Below, piece by piece: positions 1 to 8,431 of a stretch of 64,000 nt of DNA (position 1 is the stretch's first letter; each line of letters opens with the position of its first letter). Made by a program: the position numbers and the translations under genes. The notes under the pieces were generated by a model that saw only the letters and a program-made list of their open reading frames with translations, searched no databases and was not told the origin of the DNA. This DNA is from Chthoniobacterales bacterium (GTDB lineage: Bacteria; Verrucomicrobiota; Verrucomicrobiia; Chthoniobacterales; UBA10450): contig JBHELY010000011.1 in assembly GCA_046262815.1 (NCBI GenBank), positions 1,783-65,782 of the forward strand, written 5' to 3'.

Positions 1-173
1 AGCGGGCTCTGGAGAATATTGCGCAATCGCATGACGGCCACTTGCGGCACGCCTTCGTCCAGCGGCCGCACCGCCGCTTCCCAATCAGCGATTTCCGCCC
101 ATGCGGGAGCAGCGACCAAGAGGCAGCCGACGAGTATGGACAGCACCGCCCACAGCCGTCGGAAATTCTTCAT
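1..173 (-). CDS. N-terminal fragment of an exported protein (gene continues past the window edge)
   Basis: Reverse-strand ATG at 173-171 followed by MKNFRRLWAVLSILVGCLLVAAPAWAEIADWEAAV. The N-terminus is signal-peptide-like. Too short in-window for the ORF track. Confidence 0.4.
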   Translation of the reverse strand, partial: MKNFRRLWAVLSILVGCLLVAAPAWAEIADWEAAVRPLDEGVPQVAVMRLRNILQSP

Positions 174-329
174 TGGGCCACGCCCATCCTTTTGCATCGA
201 CTCGATTCTAGAATGGCGGCCCCTTGCAAACAAACGCAGATCCGTCCCCGGAAAAGCGCGAGAAATGCGGGCTAAGGCTCGTCCTTGCACGAGGCATGCT
301 TAGAAAGACCTAACGACCTCTCCCCGATT

Positions 330-815
330 ATGATTGACCAAAAAGAGTTCGACCGCCTGGCGCCCCTCGCCGCGCAATGGGCGAAAACCCAGGAAAAATA
401 CATTCTTCAGCATGGCGTCCCGCTCACCGCGGACCAAATCGCGGACGCCAGGAAAGCCGGCGTGAAGGACCTCGCCCGCGTCCGTGTCCTCGTCGTGCAC
501 CGAATCCCGCTCCCCGACGACAAAGAGCTGGCGCAAGCCGCGCGCCACGCCCAAATCATCACGGACGCTTCCCGCGGCGTCGCGATTGGCCACGGCATCA
601 TCATCCGCGCGGATAGCTGGCGGGAACGCGAGCTCCTCCTCCATCAATTGGTGCACGTCGCGCAATGCGAGCGGAGTGGCGGCCTGGAAAAATTTGTGAA
701 CGAATACCTGATGGACCGGCGGAGCAGCGCGCGAAATTTCAGTCTCGGCTCCCTCGAGGACGAAGCCCGCGGCCTGGCGCGCGAGTTGTGCGGAGACGCC
801 CAGCTCGCCAACTGA
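330..815 (+). CDS. hypothetical protein with zincin-like H-Q-x-x-H-x-x-Q segment (DUF4157-like, tentative)
   Basis: ORF 285..815 has a TTG at 285; the first ATG at 330 is preferred. LLLHQLVHVAQCE resembles the HExxHxxQ motif with Glu replaced by Gln. Confidence 0.55.
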   Translation: MIDQKEFDRLAPLAAQWAKTQEKYILQHGVPLTADQIADARKAGVKDLARVRVLVVHRIPLPDDKELAQAARHAQIITDASRGVAIGHGIIIRADSWRERELLLHQLVHVAQCERSGGLEKFVNEYLMDRRSSARNFSLGSLEDEARGLARELCGDAQLAN

Positions 816-874
816 TCCGCCCGGTCAGGCTCCGGCGCGGCGATTTATCAGGCGCCGGAAAAGCGCTGCGAAAA

Positions 875-1741
875 TTACAACTGATCGATGATGTAACCGT
901 GGCTGCGCAGTAACGCGACCACGCCGTCTTTGCCACCGAAGTGGGCGGCGCCTGCCACGACGAAATAGACCTGCCCGCTTTTCGCATAACCATCGATCTT
1001 CGGAATCCAGCGATGGTTGCGCTGGCCGAGGAGGCGCTCGCCGAAGGCCGGGAATTCGCGATAAGCGTCGCGCATCATCCCCGCGAGCATGTCGGCATCG
1101 CCGCGCCGCCAGGCGCCGATCAAATCGGCCGCAGCGAGATCGGTCCGGCCGAGATTGATGAAGTGAATCAAGAGCAGCGCTTCGCTTTCGCGCTCGGTCA
1201 GGTCAATAAAAGGCGACATATGTTCCTGGATCGATTCCAGGCTCTCGATCGGCTTGTGAGCTGACGCGGCTTTATTTTGGAGATAGCGCTCCACCCCCAG
1301 ATTGAAATTCTGTTTCGGCGCCGCCTCGAGCATCGCGGCGATCAGCCACGGACGATACGTGTTGAATTTTTGTTCCGGCACCCCGCGGAGCGCGAAGTAA
1401 CGCTTCAAATAGGCGTAGGTCCGCGGGTCGACGTGGTTCTTCAGGCTGTCGCTCTTTCCGTACTGGCCGGCCTTGCTAAGACCTTTCGAGGCGGCCTCCA
1501 TCGATTTCGGTTCGGTCTCGAACACCAGCCGCGACGAAGAATCAAACGCCCGTTGATACGGCGCCGGCAGCGGATAATCGTTGCTCCGCAAGGCATGGAC
1601 CGACCCGGCCAGAAACACCGTGCCGCCACTGGGTGAAGTTGCTTTCCAAACGCACGAAGCTGCATCCGCGACCTGGCAGACGCATCCGGCGATGGTTGCG
1701 CAAACGAAAAGAAGGCGCCGCAGGGGGTTGGTAAAGATCAT
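875..1741 (-). CDS. TraB/GumN family protein, exported
   Basis: 288 aa with a signal peptide. GSVHAL and C-terminal VVAGAAHFGGKDGVVALLRSHGY are typical of TraB/GumN. Confidence 0.8.
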   Translation of the reverse strand: MIFTNPLRRLLFVCATIAGCVCQVADAASCVWKATSPSGGTVFLAGSVHALRSNDYPLPAPYQRAFDSSSRLVFETEPKSMEAASKGLSKAGQYGKSDSLKNHVDPRTYAYLKRYFALRGVPEQKFNTYRPWLIAAMLEAAPKQNFNLGVERYLQNKAASAHKPIESLESIQEHMSPFIDLTERESEALLLIHFINLGRTDLAAADLIGAWRRGDADMLAGMMRDAYREFPAFGERLLGQRNHRWIPKIDGYAKSGQVYFVVAGAAHFGGKDGVVALLRSHGYIIDQL

Positions 1742-1831
1742 CTGTTGCCTTACTCGCGCTCCGGCCTAACGACAAGCGACCAACCGCAAATTCTTGCTCT
1801 CGATCTCCAAATCCTTTTGGGTCTTTCCTTA

Positions 1832-2518
1832 ATGAAATCGCTGCTTCTTTCCGTAATCATTTGGGCGGGACTCCTCGCCAACGTCGCCTCCGCGGCGGAC
1901 CCGTCGATCGATCGCTTGCTCAACAAACTTCCGGCGCCGGAAAAATTCGTGGATCCCGCCCAGAACGATCCGCTCGCGAAACAAATGCTCGCAGCGCTGA
2001 AGGCGAAAAATCTTGGAACGGCGCTCGACGCCTCGCGCCGGCTGGCGAACAAATATCCAAAAAGCTTCGGTGCGCAGGCGATCCATGGATTGATCGCGTT
2101 GGGAATGCGCCAATTCGCGGAAGCTTCGGCTGCTTACCGCAAGGCGCTCGCCATTCGTTCCGGTTTTTCCGCGGCATATCTGGGCATCGCGCTGGCCGAA
2201 GCGTCGCAAGGGCATTACCGGGTCGCGCTCTCGAACTTTCAACAAATCACCCGAATCGCGCCGAAAGCCGATATCGGCTGGATCGGATCGAGTGCCTGCG
2301 CCGAAAAACTTGGAATGCGCCAGGAAAGTCTGAATTACGCCCGGCGGGCGACGGCGGCCGCTCCTTCGTCACCGGGCGCGTGGTATCAGTTGGCGCGCGA
2401 GGAAGGATTGTCCGGCGACAAACAAGCCGCAGCCAAGGCGTTTGCGCACGCGAATCAACTCCAGGGAAAAACGCGGACGACAAATCGTCCTCGCGGCGGT
2501 TCGACGCAAAGGCAATGA
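1832..2518 (+). CDS. TPR-repeat exported protein
   Basis: ORF 1745..2518 trimmed to ATG 1832 (MKSLLLSVIIWAGLLANVASA signal peptide). Contains Ala/Leu-rich TPR-like repeats. Confidence 0.7.
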   Translation: MKSLLLSVIIWAGLLANVASAADPSIDRLLNKLPAPEKFVDPAQNDPLAKQMLAALKAKNLGTALDASRRLANKYPKSFGAQAIHGLIALGMRQFAEASAAYRKALAIRSGFSAAYLGIALAEASQGHYRVALSNFQQITRIAPKADIGWIGSSACAEKLGMRQESLNYARRATAAAPSSPGAWYQLAREEGLSGDKQAAAKAFAHANQLQGKTRTTNRPRGGSTQRQ

Positions 2519-2530
2519 AATAGCCGGGGG

Positions 2531-2866
2531 CTAATCGCCGAAAAGCGGTTTGTGTTTCCGTTTATTTCGCGCGTTATCCGGTTCGACCTTCAGCAGATCA
2601 CCGGCTTCCTTCACGTAAATCTTCGACCATTTTCCGTCGGTCCCTTTTACTTCGGCTAAATAAATGATCTGGCCGTTGACCGTTTCCTTTTCGACTTCCT
2701 TCAGTTTGCCGCCGCTCGCGTTCGTCTGAAAAGTCGCCTGGACCGGCGCGGGAACGTCCTTCAATTTCACGGGGACGCCGGGCGCCTTTTTATGATCCTT
2801 GGCGAACGCCGGACCGCCGATAAAAACCCACGCGACGATCACTAGAAAAGTCTTTGGCGTTTTCAT
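2531..2866 (-). CDS. small secreted protein, PepSY-like (tentative)
   Basis: 111 aa with signal peptide MKTPKTFLVIVAWVFIGGPAFA and a Lys-rich small domain (YLAEVKGTDGKWSKIYV). Confidence 0.6.
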   Translation of the reverse strand: MKTPKTFLVIVAWVFIGGPAFAKDHKKAPGVPVKLKDVPAPVQATFQTNASGGKLKEVEKETVNGQIIYLAEVKGTDGKWSKIYVKEAGDLLKVEPDNARNKRKHKPLFGD

Positions 2867-2917
2867 CGCGACGAATTCCCGAGGAAACCCCTGCCGGGTT
2901 TGTTTGTTGCGAAATCG

Positions 2918-3187
2918 TTACCGGCCTTTTTTGGCCCGTGCCGCCGCGGCGATGATTATGCCCACTACGACGCAGGCGCCGCCAGTCCCAAGCCAGAGCA
3001 TCGCGGAGTCTGGCACCGATCTCATATGCTGCGCCCACCCGAGTAACACTCCCAGCAAACCGAGCGCGGCGATCGTGATTCCGAGACCGATCAAAGCTTC
3101 AGCCGACATGGCCGCGCCTTCCGAACGAGGCAGATTCTTGGGTGCGTTCATCGCCGCCAAAATAGGAGGGGCGCGCGGAGAAAGCAA
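2918..3187 (-). CDS. small membrane protein, hypothetical
   Basis: 89-aa ORF abutting the stop of the upstream methyltransferase gene on the same strand. Two hydrophobic helices. Start is uncertain (alternative Met at 3109). Confidence 0.4.
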   Translation of the reverse strand: MLSPRAPPILAAMNAPKNLPRSEGAAMSAEALIGLGITIAALGLLGVLLGWAQHMRSVPDSAMLWLGTGGACVVVGIIIAAAARAKKGR

Positions 3188-4003
3188 TCAGTCCGGTTTC
3201 CGCACCGCCACCACGTAGGCCGCCTTCGGAATCGCGAATCCGTTTCCGCGCGCATAAGGCTGGACCGCTTTTTCGATCGCGGCCCGAATCGCTTCGAGCG
3301 CGGCCGGCGTCTGGCGCGCGAGCAGACCGGCGGTGCGCACTCCGGCGTTCAGCTCCGCTTCGAAGATGAATTGTGCCGTCGGCACTTTCCATTCGATACG
3401 ATGGACCTTGAAGTTCATCGAAACGCCTTCGAATCCGGCGCGCTCCAGCGCTTCGCGAAATTCGTCCTCGCTCTCGAACAAATAATACGGCGGGCCCGGT
3501 GGCAGATCGACATTCAGGTCGGCGTGCGCCTGAATGGCGTCGTCGACGAGTTTGACGAATGGATTTTCTTCGACGCGGGCCCAGGTGGTAAACCCAAACC
3601 AACCGCCGGGCTTTAGAACTCTGGAGGCTTCCGCACAAGCGCGTTCCGGCTTCGCCAGATGGAGCAACGAAAAATTGGCCACCACCCGGTCGAGCGTTCC
3701 GTCGGTAAACCCAAGCTGTTGCGCGTCCCCCTCGCGAAATTCGATCCGCGGAAACATGCGACGAGCAATCGCGACCATCTCGCGCGAAAAATCGATGCCG
3801 ACAGGGACTGCGCCGCGCTCGGCGGCGGCAGCCGAGACATAGCCCGGGCCGCAACCCACATCGAGCATCGACGTTCCCGCCGCGACGCCGGCAGCGTCGA
3901 GAAGAGGCGTGATAAACTGCCGCGTTGAGGTGGCCCAAGTCGAGTCGTACTTGTCGGCTACGCGTTCCCAGCCTTCGTGCTCAAACTGAGTGAATGCGTC
4001 CAT
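3188..4003 (-). CDS. class I SAM-dependent methyltransferase
   Basis: 271 aa with SAM-binding motif LDVGCGPGYVS. Confidence 0.85.
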   Translation of the reverse strand: MDAFTQFEHEGWERVADKYDSTWATSTRQFITPLLDAAGVAAGTSMLDVGCGPGYVSAAAAERGAVPVGIDFSREMVAIARRMFPRIEFREGDAQQLGFTDGTLDRVVANFSLLHLAKPERACAEASRVLKPGGWFGFTTWARVEENPFVKLVDDAIQAHADLNVDLPPGPPYYLFESEDEFREALERAGFEGVSMNFKVHRIEWKVPTAQFIFEAELNAGVRTAGLLARQTPAALEAIRAAIEKAVQPYARGNGFAIPKAAYVVAVRKPD

Positions 4004-4012
4004 GTTTGCCTT

Positions 4013-4798
4013 TCAACGCGCGGGGTTGCGATTCGTTATCCGCTCGGTTAATCGCTTAAGCACGTCCTGCCGCGACCGATGGATCGCGATGAAGTTCTCG
4101 ATCTGGCGCTTCAGCCAGTGAAGATCGCGATCGTATTCGTTGATCGGGCGCAGCTCGCGACCGTCGAGAAAGACCGTCGTATATCCGTGAACGTCGAGCC
4201 ATTCACCGAGCCGCTTCACGGCGTCAGGCTGATGCTCGTCGTTGCACTCGATCAACAGATTTGGCGTGTGGCGCGCGAGGGTGACTTCCGCTCCGGCGAG
4301 GACGGCGAGCTCGTGGCCTTCGACGTCGATCTTGATGAATCCGACGTCCGGAAAATTGTAATCGTCGATCCGGCGGGTCTCGACTTCGATCTCGTCGTTA
4401 CGCGCAATCACCTCGGGATCGAAGCGGTTGGAAGGATCAATCGTCGAGCGACCGAACTTGCGAGTGCCATCGTGGCCATAGGGCAGGCGCAATTTCGCAG
4501 TCCCGCGTTGATCCGAAATGGCATACGGCTCGACCCGCCCGCGCTTGCCGGAGAACACCGTGCGCAGGATTCGGTTGAACATCGGGATTGGCTCGAACGC
4601 GATCACCTCGGACGAATGAGCGCGGATCCGATACGTGTACATGCCGACCTTGGCTCCGACGTCGATGCCCGGGCGGTTGCGATCGCAGAGCAGATCGAGC
4701 AACTCCATTTCGCGCTCGTAATTCGCGCGGCTCAGCCGTCGCATCAGAAACACGAGTCGCGGCATCCGGCGGTACGCGAATGGGGCAGCCTTCATCAT
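4013..4798 (-). CDS. FkbM-family methyltransferase
   Basis: 261 aa. The FIKIDVEGHELAVLAGA motif is typical of FkbM/Methyltransf_21. Confidence 0.8.
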   Translation of the reverse strand: MMKAAPFAYRRMPRLVFLMRRLSRANYEREMELLDLLCDRNRPGIDVGAKVGMYTYRIRAHSSEVIAFEPIPMFNRILRTVFSGKRGRVEPYAISDQRGTAKLRLPYGHDGTRKFGRSTIDPSNRFDPEVIARNDEIEVETRRIDDYNFPDVGFIKIDVEGHELAVLAGAEVTLARHTPNLLIECNDEHQPDAVKRLGEWLDVHGYTTVFLDGRELRPINEYDRDLHWLKRQIENFIAIHRSRQDVLKRLTERITNRNPAR

Positions 4799-4886
4799 TG
4801 TGCGGAACCTACTGCATCCGGCTGGCCGGCGTCGACGTTCGTTTGCCTTTTAACCGGCCCAGCGGCGATCTAGTCTCACGACCGTC

Positions 4887-5438
4887 ATGTTTCTGCGAGT
4901 CCTGCTCATTCTCACGATTTGTTCGTCGCTGGTTCGTGGCGCGGGAAGTCCGTCGCCGTCACCGTCGCCAAGCGCGCCCCCGTCGCCCACGGAAGCTTCC
5001 GTTAAACAACTGCTCGAAGTCGCCCAGGCCCATAAGCTCGTCGACTCCGTGATGAAGCAGATGGACATTCTGATGTTGCAAGCGATCGCGCAGGCGACCA
5101 AAGGTCAACCGGTCCCGGAGAAGGTCCAAAACGATATCGACCAGCGCCGAAGGGAAATGAATTCGCTCATGAAAGAGTTGCTCGATTGGAAAAAACTCGA
5201 GCCGATCTATGTGCGCATTTACCAGAAGAGTTTCACCCAGGCCGAGGTCGATGGGATGATCGCGTTTTACAAAACACCGGCCGGCCAGGCGATGATCGGC
5301 AAAATGCCCGCGGTAATGCAAAACTCGATCGACGAGATGCAACAGTTGATGGGACCGGTGATGGAGAAAATTCAGCGAACGCAGCAGGATGTGGCCGCCG
5401 GGATGAAGACCGAACCCAAACCGAAAAGCGGTAAGTGA
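4887..5438 (+). CDS. DUF2059-domain exported protein
   Basis: 183 aa. Signal peptide and Pro/Ser linker, then YQKSFTQAEVDGMIAFYKTPAGQAMIGKMP. Confidence 0.7.
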   Translation: MFLRVLLILTICSSLVRGAGSPSPSPSPSAPPSPTEASVKQLLEVAQAHKLVDSVMKQMDILMLQAIAQATKGQPVPEKVQNDIDQRRREMNSLMKELLDWKKLEPIYVRIYQKSFTQAEVDGMIAFYKTPAGQAMIGKMPAVMQNSIDEMQQLMGPVMEKIQRTQQDVAAGMKTEPKPKSGK

Positions 5439-5445
5439 GGGGCGC

Positions 5446-5559
5446 TCAACCTTTGTTCCCGAACCAGATCGCGAACGTCCACGCGAGAGCGGCTGCGAAT
5501 CCTATGAATGAGACCGCGACCAGAACGAGAATCGCGACTGCCTCGAATAAGATCAGCAT
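5446..5559 (-). CDS. candidate 37-aa hydrophobic peptide
   Basis: Reverse ATG 5559 to TGA 5446 gives MLILFEAVAILVLVAVSFIGFAAALAWTFAIWFGNKG. No homology evidence. Confidence 0.2.
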   Translation of the reverse strand: MLILFEAVAILVLVAVSFIGFAAALAWTFAIWFGNKG

Positions 5560-5730
5560 AAACCCAAAGAGAGAACGCGAACGCGCCGTCTCTCAGATTT
5601 AACAACTCCGCGCCATCGCCAAAGTCGCGGGGGGTTGAGCGTTAATTGCGCAAGGATGACCGCGCGGAGGCGTCGCCGGTGACAACAAGCTTTCGCTTCT
5701 TTCTGAACTTCGGCAGACTTCCGACCGCGA

Positions 5731-6477
5731 TTGAGCACAACCACGAGAGACGAAGAAATAGCGTCCGCTCTGCCGGCGAATCTCGACGAATTACCGCGGC
5801 TCGATGATTTCCGGTTGCGCGGGATCGAGATGACGCGCCTCGAGACGTTCATCGACGCGGCCTTCGCGTTTGCCGTAACCGTGATGGTGATCGGCGCGGA
5901 ACGAATGCCCGACAACATCACGGCGCTTCTCGATGCTTTCAAAAATGTGCCGGGATTCATTGCCAGTGTTGCGGTCCTCGGCATTTTTTGGCGAGGCCAC
6001 TGGTTATGGAGCCGGCGTTACGGTTTGGAGGACGGCGTCTCCATCTTCATTAGCTGGGCGCTGCTCGTTACCATCCTGATTTACATCTATCCGCTGAAAG
6101 GAATTTTCGGGTCGATGTTCTACTTCATCACCGACGGGCGGCTTGGGCACCCGCTTGGACTTCGAGAAGAAGGGCAAGTCCGCGAACTTTTCGCGATTTA
6201 CGCGATCGGCTTTATCGCCGTCACCACAGAAATTTTTCTTCTCTATCTGCGCGCCTGGAAATTGCGCGGGCCATTGCGGCTAAACGCGCGCGAGCAGTTT
6301 CTCACCCGCGCGGAATTGTCCGGGTGGTGTATTCCGCCCGCCGTCGGCATCATCGCACTGTTGTTCGCGTTGTTTCTTCCAGCGAGTCATTTCATGTGGA
6401 GTGGCTGGATTTATTTTTCGATGGCTCTTCTCGTCCCGCTTCATCGGGTATGGTTTCGGCGTCGAGAGCCGAAATGA
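5731..6477 (+). CDS. TMEM175/DUF1211-family putative K+ channel
   Basis: 248 aa (TTG start). RLETFIDAAFAFAVTVMVI resembles the helix-1 signature of DUF1211. Multi-TM. Confidence 0.7.
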   Translation: MSTTTRDEEIASALPANLDELPRLDDFRLRGIEMTRLETFIDAAFAFAVTVMVIGAERMPDNITALLDAFKNVPGFIASVAVLGIFWRGHWLWSRRYGLEDGVSIFISWALLVTILIYIYPLKGIFGSMFYFITDGRLGHPLGLREEGQVRELFAIYAIGFIAVTTEIFLLYLRAWKLRGPLRLNAREQFLTRAELSGWCIPPAVGIIALLFALFLPASHFMWSGWIYFSMALLVPLHRVWFRRREPK

Positions 6478-7427
6478 AAACGCTCCGGAATATTTTCACG
6501 AACCCGTGGGCGCTTTTCGGGATTGCCGCTTACGCAGTGAGTCTCGCGATCCTTTGGCGAAACAAAACATTCGGCCGCGAAGACGCGATCTCGGAGCTGG
6601 TCCTTTTCGGGTTTGCGTTTCCGGTCCTGGCCTGGCTCGGAACGCTTCGGGCTCGGCCGCTGACGCTGTTTGTCCGAAGAAGTGCCGGCGAAATGATTTT
6701 GCTCGGCTTTTGTCTCGCGCTGGTTGCCGCTTATTTAATTTGGGGCTCGGCTCTCACGGACGCGCTGCTTCCGGCAAACTGGCTGGCCTCGCCGCGCGGA
6801 AAGTTTTTCGTCGTCTTTGCGCGGAAACTGATCGTGTTCGTTGCGATCCCGTTCGTGCTCTTCCGATTTCTTTTCGGTTACCGCTGGCGCGATTTCGGAT
6901 TGCAATGGGAAGGGCTGCGCGCCCTGAAAGGAAACCACCTGGCCGTGGTCGTTATTCTCAGCGGGGCCATCCTCTTGTTCCAATATTTCCTGGGACAGGG
7001 CGCCGCCTCGATTCGCCGTGGCGAATTGAACGCTGCTCAAATCGCCGTCGGCATCCCGCTTTGTTTCCTCTGGCTGTTCGTCGAAACCGGCCTGGTCGAG
7101 GAATTCTTTTTTCGTGGGCTGGTCCAAACACGTTGCGCCGCCTGGTTCAAATCGGAGGTCTCCGGCGTCGCGCTCATGGCGTTGCTTTTCGGCCTCACGC
7201 ACGCGCCGGGATTTATTCTGCGGCATGCCGGGCTCGAAGAAGCGATCGGCCCGGATCCATCGCCAGCCGATGCGATCGCCTACGCGATTGTGATCTTGTC
7301 GGTGGGCGGAATTTTCTTCGGAATCGTCTGGGCGCGCACGAAGAATCTCTGGGCGGTCATGTTCATTCACGCCGCGACGGATTTGCTGCCGAACCTGAAG
7401 CGTTTCGTTGTAATCTGGGGAACCTAA
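6474..7427 (+). CDS. CPBP (CAAX/Abi) family intramembrane metalloprotease
   Basis: ORF 6324..7427 trimmed to ATG 6474, giving an ATGA overlap with the previous stop. Motifs EEFFFRGL, FGLTHA, HAATD. Confidence 0.8.
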   Translation: MKTLRNIFTNPWALFGIAAYAVSLAILWRNKTFGREDAISELVLFGFAFPVLAWLGTLRARPLTLFVRRSAGEMILLGFCLALVAAYLIWGSALTDALLPANWLASPRGKFFVVFARKLIVFVAIPFVLFRFLFGYRWRDFGLQWEGLRALKGNHLAVVVILSGAILLFQYFLGQGAASIRRGELNAAQIAVGIPLCFLWLFVETGLVEEFFFRGLVQTRCAAWFKSEVSGVALMALLFGLTHAPGFILRHAGLEEAIGPDPSPADAIAYAIVILSVGGIFFGIVWARTKNLWAVMFIHAATDLLPNLKRFVVIWGT

Positions 7428-8011
7428 TGCAGACGGAACGAGCGCTCGCCATTTTGCACGAATGGGTCCAGTCCGAAAGTTTGCGGCGGCATTGTTATGC
7501 CGTGGCGGATTCGATGAAACACTTCGCGCAACAAAACGGCGCGGACGCCGATCTGTGGGAAGCGGTCGGGTTGTTGCACGACATGGATTACGAGCGGCAT
7601 CCGAACCAGGAACAAAGTCCGACTGAAGGTCATCCGTTTGTCGGCGTGGCATGGCTGCGCGAGCAAGGCTGGAGTGACGAAGTTTGCCGCGCGATTCTTT
7701 CCCACGCCGATTATGCGAATGTCGCGCTCGAGACGCCGCTCGAGCGAACGCTCTACGCCGTGGATGAGCTGAGCGGTTTTGTCATGGCGGTCGCGCGGGT
7801 GCGTCCGTCGAAGAGCATTCACGAAGTCGAGGTCGCGTCGGTGAAGAAGAAGATGAAAGACAAGGCGTTTGCGCGGGCGGTGAATCGCGAGGACATCATC
7901 CGCGGCGCGGCCGATCTGGGAATGCCGTTGGAAGAAGTGATCGCGGGAGTGATCGCGGCTTTGCAAGCCGACGCGGATCGGTTGGGTTTGGCCGGGCAGC
8001 CGGAATCATGA
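7427..8011 (+). CDS. HD-domain (HDIG-type) phosphohydrolase
   Basis: ORF 6401..8011 trimmed to ATG 7427, giving a TAATG overlap with the CPBP stop. Motifs RRHCYAV and LLHDMDYE. Confidence 0.8.
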   Translation: MQTERALAILHEWVQSESLRRHCYAVADSMKHFAQQNGADADLWEAVGLLHDMDYERHPNQEQSPTEGHPFVGVAWLREQGWSDEVCRAILSHADYANVALETPLERTLYAVDELSGFVMAVARVRPSKSIHEVEVASVKKKMKDKAFARAVNREDIIRGAADLGMPLEEVIAGVIAALQADADRLGLAGQPES

Positions 8012-8430
8012 GCAGCCGCGTCACGACGCGCGAATTCGTGATCAGCGATTACGATGACGTGATCGCATTGTGGGAGGGCGTCGAAGGTGTCGAGATTTGC
8101 GAAGGCGATTCCCGCGATGAGATCGCGGAATATTTGAAACGGAATCCGGGACTAAGCCACGTCGCACTCCTCGACGACAAGATTGTCGGTGCTGCTCTCT
8201 GCGGTCACGATGGCCGGCGCGGCTGGATTTATCATCTCGCAGTCGCGCCAACCTATCGCCGGCAAAAAATCGGAAACGTCTTACTCGACTCGTGCGTGAA
8301 TGCTTTGCGCGCCATCGGTCTCAAGCGCGCTATCATTCTCGTGGCCGGCAATAATCCCGGCGGTCACGACTTCTGGCTCCGTAACGGCTGGGAAGACCTC
8401 GGCGCGATCGCGATGACGCGTGAATTGTAA
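8008..8430 (+). CDS. GNAT family N-acetyltransferase
   Basis: 140 aa with an ATGA overlap with the HD gene. GNAT core RRQKIGNVLLDSCVNAL. Confidence 0.85.
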   Translation: MSSRVTTREFVISDYDDVIALWEGVEGVEICEGDSRDEIAEYLKRNPGLSHVALLDDKIVGAALCGHDGRRGWIYHLAVAPTYRRQKIGNVLLDSCVNALRAIGLKRAIILVAGNNPGGHDFWLRNGWEDLGAIAMTREL

Positions 8431-8431
8431 A

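Noticed and set aside
832-858. Hairpin CCGGCGC-13nt-GCGCCGG between convergent genes as a terminator
   Set aside because: The stem is 7 bp and neither strand has a U-tract. Plausible but not supportable from sequence alone. The same applies to GTCGCT-gagacg-AGCGAC at 34267-34284.
6401-7426. N-terminal 342 aa of the 536-aa ORF ending at 8011
   Set aside because: It overlaps the CPBP protease gene in another frame and is Arg/Pro-rich. The recognisable HD protein begins at ATG 7427. N-terminal extensions were trimmed in the same way for ORFs 36043..37095, 51741..52445, 26586..27626, 6324..7427 and 20179..21108.
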